Of a DNA stretch of 64,000 bases, positions 1-8,844 are shown one piece after another. The first letter of the stretch is position 1. Each line of letters starts with the position of its first letter. Origin of the DNA: Candidatus Marinacidobacterales bacterium (GTDB taxonomy: Bacteria > Acidobacteriota > Vicinamibacteria > Marinacidobacterales > DATDRI01); assembly GCA_965226495.1 (NCBI GenBank), contig OZ245365.1, forward strand, positions 2,944,001 through 3,008,000, written 5' to 3'. Made by a program: the position numbers and the translations under genes. The notes beneath the pieces were generated by a model. It was not told where the DNA came from and did no database searches. It worked only from the letters and a program-made list of their open reading frames with translations.

Positions 1-2
1 TG

Positions 3-425
3 GTGCACGAAGTGTTGGCGACGGCCGACTTGGATGCTGGTCGGGAACGACTCGAAGCGTTGGCGCGGAGCCTCGGACGCGTACTCGGTAACACCGAAGA
101 AGAAGTTGACGCCGCCGCTGAAGCCGCCGAGCGAGCCCTCGCCCATCCTCTACTTCGCCAGGCCGAGGCCGCGTCCCGGCAGGAGGCGTCGCTCTTGCGC
201 GAAAGCCCGGTGGTGCTCAAGAGAGAAGACGGCTCGCTGGTCGAGGGAGTGGTCGATCTCGCGTTTCGTGATCGACCCGGCGCCCCTTGGACGGTCGTCG
301 ACTTCAAGACCGATGTGCGGGTCGACATCCGACAGGAAGAGTACCAACGCCAAGTGGCGCTCTATGCGGAAGCCCTCGGTCAGGCGACCGGATCGGAAGC
401 GGAAGGTGTTTTGTTGTACGTGTGA
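3..425 (+). CDS. C-terminal PD-(D/E)XK nuclease domain of an AddA/RecB/UvrD-type helicase-nuclease (5' part outside window)
   Basis: EGVVDL...WTVVDFKTD...YQRQVALYA motifs of RecB-family nuclease domain; ORF open at window edge. Confidence 0.8.
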   Translation: MHEVLATADLDAGRERLEALARSLGRVLGNTEEEVDAAAEAAERALAHPLLRQAEAASRQEASLLRESPVVLKREDGSLVEGVVDLAFRDRPGAPWTVVDFKTDVRVDIRQEEYQRQVALYAEALGQATGSEAEGVLLYV

Positions 426-616
426 TCGGTTCCCAACGCCAGAAGGCGACGTTACTACTCGTTCGGGCACGCGGCGGTCAAAACGCAGAGTTGCTACCAA
501 CCCTGCCTTACAGACGACTTAGCCTCCTAGCACTTGCGCTCGTGCGTCGACACGGTTAGTCTGCGACCGGCTAGACGCAACCCAGGCCGTCAGGCCGTCA
601 GGCCGGGAGACAGGCC

Positions 617-805
617 ATGAGTGCAAAACTGCGAGTCGTGAGCTAGATCCTGATTACACTCATCGGAGGGTTGACGCTTCTCGGATCCGTGACCTAGGTC
701 GCAGACGCGGAGCAAGATCAAATCGGTCCGATGAAACTGAGTGAGCTCGACGACTATCTCGAGCGGATCCTTACGGCGAGGTCGCTCCAAGAAATGGGGC
801 TGTAG
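617..805 (+). pseudogene. Decayed copy of the membrane-protein gene at 10396-10833
   Basis: Translates MSAKLRVVS*ILITLIGGLTLLGSVT*VADAEQDQIGPMKLSEL versus MGNKLRVVSWVLLTLIGALTLLGSV...VADAGQDQIGPMTLSEL; two in-frame TAG; upstream 529-565 also matches 10323-10359. Confidence 0.8.
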
Positions 806-1062
806 CCCTACGAGATTGAAGCGCCGCTAACCGCCACAAAGCGTTTGAGGGTCGGCGGGAGGTCCCTTTTTCGCGACAGCTGGGTTAGCTACCAACAAAA
901 GTACCTGTCCTACGTGTTCCCCTTTCCAATTCGCGGGTTTGAGATCGAGATGCACCATCAAGAACGGCGTCGTTTTCGACAAGGACCCTTTGATGAAGGA
1001 CGTCGTCGATATGGTTGCCGGGGGAAGAACAACTGCACCAACCCCGTGGAGGCGCTTTTCCA

Positions 1063-4041
1063 ATGAGCCCGGTCCGAATCGCTCTTTGTCTAACCGTCGG
1101 ACTCGTCTCGATGGGCCACGCCCAGACCCGCGTCGAGTTCCATCTGCTCCCTGCTATCTCCACCGGCCCGCTCGATCCGGACTGGAGCCCGGACGGACAA
1201 ACGATTGCTTTCGCCATGCGCGGCGATATCTGGACGATCCCCGCCGTTGGCGGAGAAGCCGTGGCGCTCACCGAAGGACCTGCCTACCACTCGGAGCCGA
1301 GCTTCAGCCCCGATGGAACGAAGGTCGCCTTCACGATGGACTTCGACGGCAATCTGGAGATCGGCCTCGTCGAGATAGCCAGCGGAACCATGGAACGGCT
1401 CACGAACGACCCGGAGGTCGATATCGAGCCCGATTGGAGTCCGGACGGAACGAGCTTGTACTTCGCGAGCCGAAGAAACGGCAACCTCGACATCTTTCGG
1501 ATCGATCTTACAACGAAGCGGGTGACGCCCGTCATCACGGGACCGCGCAACGACTTTCAGCCCGCCGTGTCACCCGATGGACGGAAGCTGGCCTATGTCT
1601 CACCGGTGACCGGCCGGAGGGGCTCGGGCGGTATCTGGATGATGCCGCTGCCGTCGGGCGAGCCTCGGCTCGTGCACTACGAAGAGACGAGCTATCGGCC
1701 GAAGCCCCAATGGTCGCCTTATGGCGCCACGCTCACGTACTCCACGGATGCCGCGGGCTCCAACGATATCGCCGTCGTTCTATCCAAGGGTGGAAACCCT
1801 GTGCGTCTCACGGAAGACCCTCTCGATGAGATCGACCCGGCTGTGAGCCCGGACGGTTCGACCATCGCGTTCGTCTCCAATCACCGGGGACCGACGACGC
1901 TCTATACGCTCTCGTCAGCAGGCGGCGCGAGAAGTGCGTGGAGGCCCGTCCGCATCGAGTCACGGCGGCCGCGGTTTGAAACGGGGCGCGTTCGCGGCAC
2001 GGTAAGAGGTCCGGACGGAAGCGTCGTTCCCGCGCGCGTGATGCTCGTCGCGAGTGACGATCGCAGCTATACCGAAAACGGCGGCTTCCATCGGATGGTG
2101 CCGTCCACCCGGACCCATTTCCAGCACACGAGCGGATCCTTCGAGATCGAGGTGCCGGCCGGAACGACGAACATCGAAGCGATGCGCGGCTTCGAGTTCA
2201 TGCCTGCGAAGGCTATCGTCGAGGTGCCCGCGGGCGGTGTCGCGGAAGTCGAGCTCCAACTGACGCGCATCGTCGATCCACGTACCGGCGGCTGGTACTC
2301 GGGCGACATGCATACCCACGATCTTCATGAAGGCCGCTTCGGCCTGACTCAGGAAGGCTTCTTCCATCAGGCCGTGGCCGATGATCTGCACGTGACGAAC
2401 GCGCTCATTCACATGGACGGGACGAAGCTTATGGGCCGGTGGAGCGATCTGACCGGAGAGTCCCATAGCCTTTCGAATAGCGACTACATTCTTCGCTATT
2501 CGCAAGAGTTCCGCGGCTCTTTCGGCCATGTAGCGCTTATCGGTGTCGACGAGTTCATCATGCCGCTCATCGGCGGTGCTGCCAATACACCTTACGCTCC
2601 CGACGTGCTGAAGATCCGTCACATCGACGGTGTTCACGCCATGGGCGGGATCGCGGGCTTCGTTCACCCGTACAACCAGACCGTCGAGACCCCCGAGGAT
2701 GCGGCCGCCGCCGACATCCCCGTGCACGTGGCGCTCGGCAAAGGCGACTTCTACGACGTCGTCTCGATCGCGTCGCTCGATATGGAATCGGCTCGTGTGT
2801 ACAACAAGTTGCTCAACAGCGGGTTCCGACTCGCGGCGACAGGCGGCACTGACAACTTCTCCGACGTCTGGTACGATTCCTCGGGAGGCACCGCCCGAAC
2901 ATACGCGAAGATAGATGGCGGGCTCAGCTTCGAATCATGGATCGAAGCGGTGCGGGCGGGCCGTACGTTCGGAACCAACGGGCCGTTGCTCTTTCTCAGC
3001 GTCGACGGGAGAGAGCCGGGCGACGAACTCCGGCTCGCCAGTAGCGACCCGGCTTCGTTGAGCGTTCGTGTCGATGTTGCATCGATGTCGCCGCTCGACC
3101 AAGTCGAGATCCTCGTCAACGGCGAGGTTGCTCACACCTTTCGGCCGCAGGGTGCCGGCCCACGATGGGAGCTCGATGCGACCATCGTCGTACCGGGGAG
3201 CGGCTGGGTGGCGGCTCGCGCTATCGGCCCCCAGAGTCGCTACATCGGCGACCTGTTTGCTTTCGCACAGACGTCACCAATCTACGTCGTTCGGGACGGA
3301 GTAACCTATACCTCGGCCGCGGACGCACGCTTTCTGCTCAACTCGGTGGAAGCGCTCTGGCGCAACGTCGAAGCGCGAAACACCTGGCACACCCCAGCGC
3401 AGAAAGACGCTTACCGTGACGGCATCGAGACGGCACGTGCGGCTTATCAATCCGTTGTGCTGAGGCACCCCGAGGACGAAGTGTTCCGACAACGAGCGCC
3501 CGAAACGTTGCGCGTGCAGCTGCGGACGAGCGAGGGCGACATCCTCATCGAGCTCCATCGCGAGTGGTCTCCGAACGGCGTCGATCGCTTCTACAACCTC
3601 GTGCGCCACGGGTACTACGACGACACGAGATTCTTCCGCGTACGGGATGCGGACTTCGCCCAATTCGGCATTCACGGCACCCCGGCCGTGGCTCAGGCGT
3701 GGCGAGAACAGACCATTCCCGACGATCGCGTCGTCCAGAGCAACCGTCGCGGACGCCTGGCCTTCGCCATGGGCTACCAGCCAAACGGCCGCACCACCCA
3801 GATCTATATCAACCTAAAAGACAAGACCGAGCTCGACGACATGGGGTTCTCTCCCGTCGGCGAGGTGATTGAAGGGATGGACGTGGCCGATGCCATTTAC
3901 TCCGGCTACGGCGAATCGGCCGGCGGAGGCATCCGTGGCGGCAAGCAAGATCCGATGTTCGAAGGCGGGAACGCCTATCTCGGCGAGAACTTCCCCGAGC
4001 TCGACACCCTCATCGAAGCACGCATCATCGATCCAGACTGA
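1063..4041 (+). CDS. Secreted multidomain protein: PD40/TolB-like propeller + CehA/McbA-type PHP metallohydrolase + C-terminal cyclophilin-type PPIase
   Basis: GGAGG RBS before ATG 1063; signal peptide; repeated P.WSPDG; GDMHTH, SFGH, HP, GTDNF; C-terminal DRFYNLV...FFRV...AQFG...RTTQIYIN...GEVIEGMDV cyclophilin motifs. Confidence 0.8.
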   Translation: MSPVRIALCLTVGLVSMGHAQTRVEFHLLPAISTGPLDPDWSPDGQTIAFAMRGDIWTIPAVGGEAVALTEGPAYHSEPSFSPDGTKVAFTMDFDGNLEIGLVEIASGTMERLTNDPEVDIEPDWSPDGTSLYFASRRNGNLDIFRIDLTTKRVTPVITGPRNDFQPAVSPDGRKLAYVSPVTGRRGSGGIWMMPLPSGEPRLVHYEETSYRPKPQWSPYGATLTYSTDAAGSNDIAVVLSKGGNPVRLTEDPLDEIDPAVSPDGSTIAFVSNHRGPTTLYTLSSAGGARSAWRPVRIESRRPRFETGRVRGTVRGPDGSVVPARVMLVASDDRSYTENGGFHRMVPSTRTHFQHTSGSFEIEVPAGTTNIEAMRGFEFMPAKAIVEVPAGGVAEVELQLTRIVDPRTGGWYSGDMHTHDLHEGRFGLTQEGFFHQAVADDLHVTNALIHMDGTKLMGRWSDLTGESHSLSNSDYILRYSQEFRGSFGHVALIGVDEFIMPLIGGAANTPYAPDVLKIRHIDGVHAMGGIAGFVHPYNQTVETPEDAAAADIPVHVALGKGDFYDVVSIASLDMESARVYNKLLNSGFRLAATGGTDNFSDVWYDSSGGTARTYAKIDGGLSFESWIEAVRAGRTFGTNGPLLFLSVDGREPGDELRLASSDPASLSVRVDVASMSPLDQVEILVNGEVAHTFRPQGAGPRWELDATIVVPGSGWVAARAIGPQSRYIGDLFAFAQTSPIYVVRDGVTYTSAADARFLLNSVEALWRNVEARNTWHTPAQKDAYRDGIETARAAYQSVVLRHPEDEVFRQRAPETLRVQLRTSEGDILIELHREWSPNGVDRFYNLVRHGYYDDTRFFRVRDADFAQFGIHGTPAVAQAWREQTIPDDRVVQSNRRGRLAFAMGYQPNGRTTQIYINLKDKTELDDMGFSPVGEVIEGMDVADAIYSGYGESAGGGIRGGKQDPMFEGGNAYLGENFPELDTLIEARIIDPD

Positions 4042-4074
4042 TCTACTCTGCGTGGTGGTAGTAGACGGCCTGGT

Positions 4075-4240
4075 CGCCGCCGCTGAAGCCGCCGAGCGTG
4101 CTCTTGCCCATCCGCTACTTCGTCAGGCCGAGGCCGCGTCTCGGCAAGAGGCGTCGCTCTTGCGCGAAAGCCCGGTGGTGCTCAAGAGAGAAGACGGCTC
4201 ACTGGTCGAAGGAGTTATGGACATTTTGCTGTACGTGTAG
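4075..4240 (+). repeat. Partial duplicate of the helicase-nuclease 3' end (copy of 110-250 plus 408-425)
   Basis: 141 bp with 9 substitutions versus 110-250, then ILLYV-stop matching VLLYV-stop of the gene end. Confidence 0.9.
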
Positions 4241-4246
4241 CAAGAG

Positions 4247-5242
4247 CTAACCGTCGGTATCGACTCCCGCTAGCTCGATGTGAAGGCCGGGCTGTGGCTC
4301 GCGTGCATAGCGAACCTTCAGCCGCTCGCCAGCTCTGGGCCGCCCTCCAAGGGGAAGCTCCACGGGATGGGTAAGCCCACTCTCATAGTCGCCGAGAGTT
4401 ATGTCGCCGAAGACCTGAATGCGGGTAAAGAGCATCGGAACCAACCCATCCTGCGGGGTTGTCGGCCAGGTGATGTCGAAGCAACGATCGCCGCCGCTGT
4501 CCAAAGTGAGAGCTCGACCCACATGGATGCGGCGACGCGTCACACCGCTGCCGTTAAACTCGAATTCGCGGCCCGGATCGGTGAGCTCGAGTACGAGATC
4601 GACGCGCTCCGGTATCCATATGCCGTCATCGGCCATCTGAGGGCCCAAGTTGCGTGTGATGCCAACTTGAGGCTCCTTCGCGAGACCGCTCTGCATGGTT
4701 TCACACACCACGACGTCCGGTCGCCAATTCGTCGGACAACGATACTCTGTGGCGTCCACTCGCACGATGTCCTCGATGCGGTCGAGCACCTGGAGCTCAC
4801 GAGCTAATTGGCCAGCGTCTTCGACGGAGCGGTTGTGGTAGTCGAGCAGAATGAAGCGCACGTCTTCCGGAGACCAACGATGGGCTAACGGTAGCGCAAG
4901 CGGCGCAAATGGACCGCAACCGGCGTAGAGGACCCTCACGCTCCCGCCAGACACACGCGCTCTAACTTGCTCGATAGCCGAGAGAGTCGCCTGCATGAAC
5001 TTCCGAGAGCGTGCGAAATCGCGAAGGCAACGGGCCGCGTCGAGGGCACAAATGGCTTTTCCGGCCGGGAGGACATGTTCGTCGACGTGGGCTTCGGCAG
5101 GTGCGTTCTCGTCCAGACCCACACGTTCGGTGAATAATTGAAACAACCGATCGGCAGACGCCCTCTGGTCACCTGGGCTCGCACCGGCGGCGACGAGTAC
5201 GTCCGCAGCGCTGCGCACTTCGCTCACCCAAGCGGGCTTCAT
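4247..5242 (-). CDS. SAM-dependent methyltransferase with protein-arginine-methyltransferase (PRMT)-like motifs
   Basis: VLYAGCGP motif I; DVVVCETMQSGLAKE double-E loop; GIWIPERVDL; GLTHP THW-like loop. Confidence 0.65.
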   Translation of the reverse strand: MKPAWVSEVRSAADVLVAAGASPGDQRASADRLFQLFTERVGLDENAPAEAHVDEHVLPAGKAICALDAARCLRDFARSRKFMQATLSAIEQVRARVSGGSVRVLYAGCGPFAPLALPLAHRWSPEDVRFILLDYHNRSVEDAGQLARELQVLDRIEDIVRVDATEYRCPTNWRPDVVVCETMQSGLAKEPQVGITRNLGPQMADDGIWIPERVDLVLELTDPGREFEFNGSGVTRRRIHVGRALTLDSGGDRCFDITWPTTPQDGLVPMLFTRIQVFGDITLGDYESGLTHPVELPLGGRPRAGERLKVRYAREPQPGLHIELAGVDTDG

Positions 5243-5393
5243 CCCTGCTCCCCTCCCCCGTTGTTCGTCATTCGGGGCCTATGCTAGCAGACCAGGCTGA
5301 CACACGACCTGCGCCACGACTGCTCAAGGCGTCCTGGCATTGGTACAGACCGTGATTGGAATGGCCTACACTGGCAAAGAAAGAACTTCATAG

Positions 5394-5924
5394 ATGACGA
5401 AGCCTGGCTCGAATGATTCCGTCGGCTTGCGGCCCTCCAAAGAGGACGACCTCGAGTTCCTTTACCAAGTCTACGCGTCCTCCCGCGATCGCGAGATGGC
5501 GCTTCTCGTCGAGTGGAGTGCGGAGCAGAAGGAGAATTTTTTACGGGAGCAGTTTCGCCTTCAAGATCGCCACTACAAAACGCATTACGCGAACGCCCGA
5601 TATGACATCATCGAGATCGACGGCAAACCTGCCGGCCGTCTGTACGTCGACCGAATGAAGCACGAGATCCGGCTCATGGACATCGCGCTCTTGACCGAGT
5701 ACCGCAACCGTGGCGTGGGGCGCGCCCTCGTGCAAGATCTACTGGACGAAGCCGATCGAGACCGCATGTTCGTGAGCCTGCACGTCGAGGACAACAATCC
5801 CGCCAAGCGACTCTATGAGCGTATGGGTTTCGTCGAGGTGCGCGAGGTGAGCTTCTACAAGCTCATGCACTGGATTCCGAAGGGATTGACGCCGAAGTTC
5901 GACGAGCCGGCGGAGCTCAGTTGA
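5394..5924 (+). CDS. GNAT family N-acetyltransferase
   Basis: LMDIALLTEYRNRGVGRAL acetyl-CoA motif; NNPAKRLYERMGF. Confidence 0.9.
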   Translation: MTKPGSNDSVGLRPSKEDDLEFLYQVYASSRDREMALLVEWSAEQKENFLREQFRLQDRHYKTHYANARYDIIEIDGKPAGRLYVDRMKHEIRLMDIALLTEYRNRGVGRALVQDLLDEADRDRMFVSLHVEDNNPAKRLYERMGFVEVREVSFYKLMHWIPKGLTPKFDEPAELS

Positions 5925-6222
5925 AGATGGCTTCGTAGAGCCTTCCTGTTTCGTCCTCTGCAATGGGAACGAGAAAGAGCTTCATGCTCCCGAGCCTCTC
6001 GTTGGCCATTGCAAACGTAGACTGCTCCAGGGCCGGTGTTTGTGGACCGCGGAACACCAGGGAAAAGGCTTGGCGTCTTCCGTCGGCAGCGCCGGCGTTA
6101 GTGCGAGTCTCGACGGACACGAGCTCGAGCTCGACGGGCGACGTTTCTTCGAGCTCGATCACGAAACGATGGTTCAGGTAGGCCTTGAAGTCCTCGTGGG
6201 TCACCCTTTGCAGATCAACCAT
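5917..6222 (-). CDS. DUF6916-like small beta protein
   Basis: F...LNHRF...LELVSV...FSLVFRGP...LEQSTF...LFLVPI...YEAIFN pattern typical of tail-collar-associated proteins. Confidence 0.7.
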   Translation of the reverse strand: MVDLQRVTHEDFKAYLNHRFVIELEETSPVELELVSVETRTNAGAADGRRQAFSLVFRGPQTPALEQSTFAMANERLGSMKLFLVPIAEDETGRLYEAIFN

Positions 6223-6256
6223 GAAGCGTCCCGTACCGAGGATTCGGAGTTCGCTA

Positions 6257-6670
6257 TTAGACCAAGCGGCAGACGTTCGCGACGCAGTGAGTCCCCGACT
6301 CGTCGGCGCCAGCCGGCTGGAGGAAAAGCAGGACCTTCTTGCGGCCTACTTTGACCTTGTAGATTCCCTCCGAAACGTGATCTCCATAGGACCCGTGGAA
6401 GACGATCGTGAATTGCTCGACTCCAGGGCTTTTAACTTGGTGCACGTCCGAAATTTCAACGAGATGCCAGTTCTCACCCTGAAGCACGGCCCGAGAGCCC
6501 ACTCGCCGCTGCCACCATTGCGTGGTCAGAGTGTTGTTGCGCCGGCCTCGCCGCCTTCGCCGTCTCTTACGCTTTCGTCCCGCATCGACGGCGGGTGCGA
6601 ACATCGCGGGCAGACCCGCGGCAACAACCGTGGCGGCCGCGGCGGTTATGAATCGACGACGGTCTACCAT
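6257..6670 (-). CDS. Tat-signal DUF6916-like protein with poly-arginine segment
   Basis: GAGGAG RBS before ATG 6670; DRRRFI twin-Arg motif plus hydrophobic stretch; GRKRKRRRRRRGRR; EQFTIVFHG...EGIY...LFLQP paralogous to 5917-6222. Confidence 0.65.
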   Translation of the reverse strand: MVDRRRFITAAAATVVAAGLPAMFAPAVDAGRKRKRRRRRRGRRNNTLTTQWWQRRVGSRAVLQGENWHLVEISDVHQVKSPGVEQFTIVFHGSYGDHVSEGIYKVKVGRKKVLLFLQPAGADESGTHCVANVCRLV

Positions 6671-6746
6671 TGAACTCCTCGTTTCTGGGGGCGTCGGCTC
6701 GTGTCGCATGCCCCCAAGCATTTTACAGGTTCCAACGCGTGTGCTC

Positions 6747-7259
6747 CTAACTTCGCGACGGGTAAAGGCCGAGTAGCGCGATGATGAAGTTGAGCGCGAG
6801 GAAGGGCTGCATGTTGTTGTGGGCCTGCACGGGATCCCCGCCGACCGTCTCCCCCATATTTGCGAGGTCGTTGGCGGGACCATAGGCGTTCCCCGTCGTC
6901 GCTGCGAGTGTCACGTCCTCGGAGGGAGTACCGGTCGTGGCGGGTTGGCTGGATACGCCGAAGGAGTGATTGTGGGACGCCATCTCTTGTGTTGTGACCG
7001 TGTGCGTCTCCGCGCCCCCGCGCTCGCCCAGGCGCCGCGAGGTCAGACCCGCCCCCCTTCCGGGATGCAGGGGAGCGCGACCGAGAAGATTGGGCAGACC
7101 GAAGGTCGTCCGGCCGTCACCACCGTAGATTGTGCCGACCAAAGAGAAGAGCGCGGTATTTTGCGCGACGGACATCAGTTGGCCGTTACAGAAGGCCCAG
7201 CCCCGCGGGGCGAAGTTCCCGGCGAAGATCCGGACTTCGGCAATGAATGGCTCGGACAT
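6747..7259 (-). CDS. Phage tail-collar domain protein (microcystin-dependent protein MdpB-like), copy 3
   Basis: MSEPFIAEVRIFAGNFAPRGWAFCNGQ...ALFSLVGTIYGGDGRTTFGLPNLLGR...HNNMQPFLALNFIIAL. Confidence 0.9.
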   Translation of the reverse strand: MSEPFIAEVRIFAGNFAPRGWAFCNGQLMSVAQNTALFSLVGTIYGGDGRTTFGLPNLLGRAPLHPGRGAGLTSRRLGERGGAETHTVTTQEMASHNHSFGVSSQPATTGTPSEDVTLAATTGNAYGPANDLANMGETVGGDPVQAHNNMQPFLALNFIIALLGLYPSRS

Positions 7260-7372
7260 GCCTTACCTCCTCAGTTACGCGATGGGTAGACGCCAAACAG
7301 GGCGATGATGAAGTTAATCCCGAGGAAAGGCATTGTGTTGTTGTGCGACTGGCTGCCGCCACTGTTTTGCAT

Positions 7373-8406
7373 CGCGAATTCATAAAGTAAGTGCAACACA
7401 GCTCCCGGATGAGGTGACCTGGAATGTGCCACGATTCCTCAAACAACCAAGAATGGGGACTCGCTAATGACTTATTACCAGATCACCTCGGAAGAACGCT
7501 ACACCATCGCGGCGCTGCGACGGGAGGGATTTTGCTCGGCCGAGATCGCGCGGCGCCTGGGGCGCCACCGGAGCACCATCTCGAGAGAGGTCAGGAGGAA
7601 CAGCTCACCTAGTGATGGATGCTACCGGCCGAGCAAGGCCATCGAGAGAACGAACGGACGACGCTCGCGGTCTCGCCGGAACCAGTACTTCACAAAGGCC
7701 GACTTTGCCCTGGTGGAGAAGAAGCTTAAGGCCGACTGGAGCCCAGAGCAGATCTCCGGCCACCTGCGCCTTCACGGCGAGCTCTCGATCAGCCACGAGA
7801 CGATCTACACCCACGTTTGGCGGGACAAGGAGGCCGGAGGACATCTATACCGCCACCTTCGATGCTCGCCCAAACTTAGACGCAAGCGCCACAACAGCTA
7901 CGACAGCCGAGGCCGCCTGGCCGGGAAGCGTCACATCTCCGAGCGGCCGTCTTGTATCGACAAGCGCCGTGCCGTTGGACACTGGGAGATTGACACCGTG
8001 GTAGGAAAAGACGCGCCGGACTGCGTCACCACGCTCGTGGAATCGAAAGACGGGGGCGATCGGCAAACTGTCCGAGCAGCATGTTCGGCACTAGCCGAAG
8101 ATGTTGCTCCGGAGGGTCAAGACCATCACCGCGGACAATGGAAGTTCCACGACTACGAATCCGTCGAGGAAGCGACCGGCGTCAAGTTCTACTTTGCAAC
8201 TCCCTATCACTCATGGGAGAGAGGCAGCAACGAGAACTTTGGATTGCTACGTGCCGAAGCGCACCAGCGCAGCGCTCACGCAACGCCACTGCGATGGTAT
8301 CGCAAAGAAGCTCAACACTTTCGGCCCCGCAAGAGGCTCGGTTACCGCACACCGGAGGAACGTTTCCATGGGAACTAACGAATGGTGCTTCAAACTTGAA
8401 GTCACA
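7373..8406 (+). mobile_element. IS30-family insertion sequence (about 1034 bp) with 3-bp CAT target duplication
   Basis: Imperfect IRs GCGAATTCATAAAGTAAGTGCAACAC / ATGGTGCTTCAAACTTGAAGTCAC; CAT at 7370-7372 and 8407-8409; encloses transposase. Confidence 0.85.
7467..8378 (+). pseudogene. IS30 transposase, frameshifted in the DDE domain
   Basis: IARRLGRHRSTISREVRRN, WSPEQIS, GHWEIDTV, PYHSWERGSNEN, RPRKRLGYRTPEE; the KTITADNG motif lies in another frame (ORF 8101). Confidence 0.85.
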
Positions 8407-8844
8407 CATTGCGCTTGCGTGCATCGTGCTTTCCGTGCCGGCTCGGTAGAGCGACGTGCTACCCGTGTCGCCGGTGACATTGCCCCCCGGGTCTCCGAGC
8501 GTGGCCGCGTCCGTCGAGGCCGCCCGATGGGTGTGCGACGGCAACTGGTTGGTGGTCAGCGTCACCTTCTCGGCTCCCGTCCTCTGCCCTAGGGGTCGGC
8601 TGCTCAGGCCCGTCCCTTGTCCGGTGTGGAGGGGAACCCGACCCCGCAGGTCGGGCAGGCCGAAGGTCGTCTCGCCGTCGCCGCCGTAAATCGTCCCTAG
8701 CAGGCTGAACAAGGCATTGTTCTGCGAGATAGCCAACAGCTGGCCGTCACAGAATGCATAGTTCCGCGGCGCAAAATTTCCCGCGAACATTTTGATCTCG
8801 CCAACGAAAGGTTCAGACATAGACTCTCTCCTTCTCTGTCTGGC

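Larger units (their letters stand above)
7271..8820 (-). pseudogene. Tail-collar domain protein copy 2, interrupted by IS30 element
   Basis: 8820-8407 encodes MSEPFVGEIK...HASAM and 7369-7271 encodes QNSGGSQSHNNTMPFLGINFIIALFGVYPSRN; removing the IS and one CAT restores a 170-aa frame. Confidence 0.9.

Noticed and set aside
617-805. TAG readthrough (pyrrolysine or recoding)
   Set aside because: TAGs replace Trp/Tyr codons of the intact paralogue alongside deletions, and TAG is a normal stop in many genes here
8182-8820. 212-aa tail-collar ORF as an intact gene
   Set aside because: Residues after HASAM are read-through into the IS30 end
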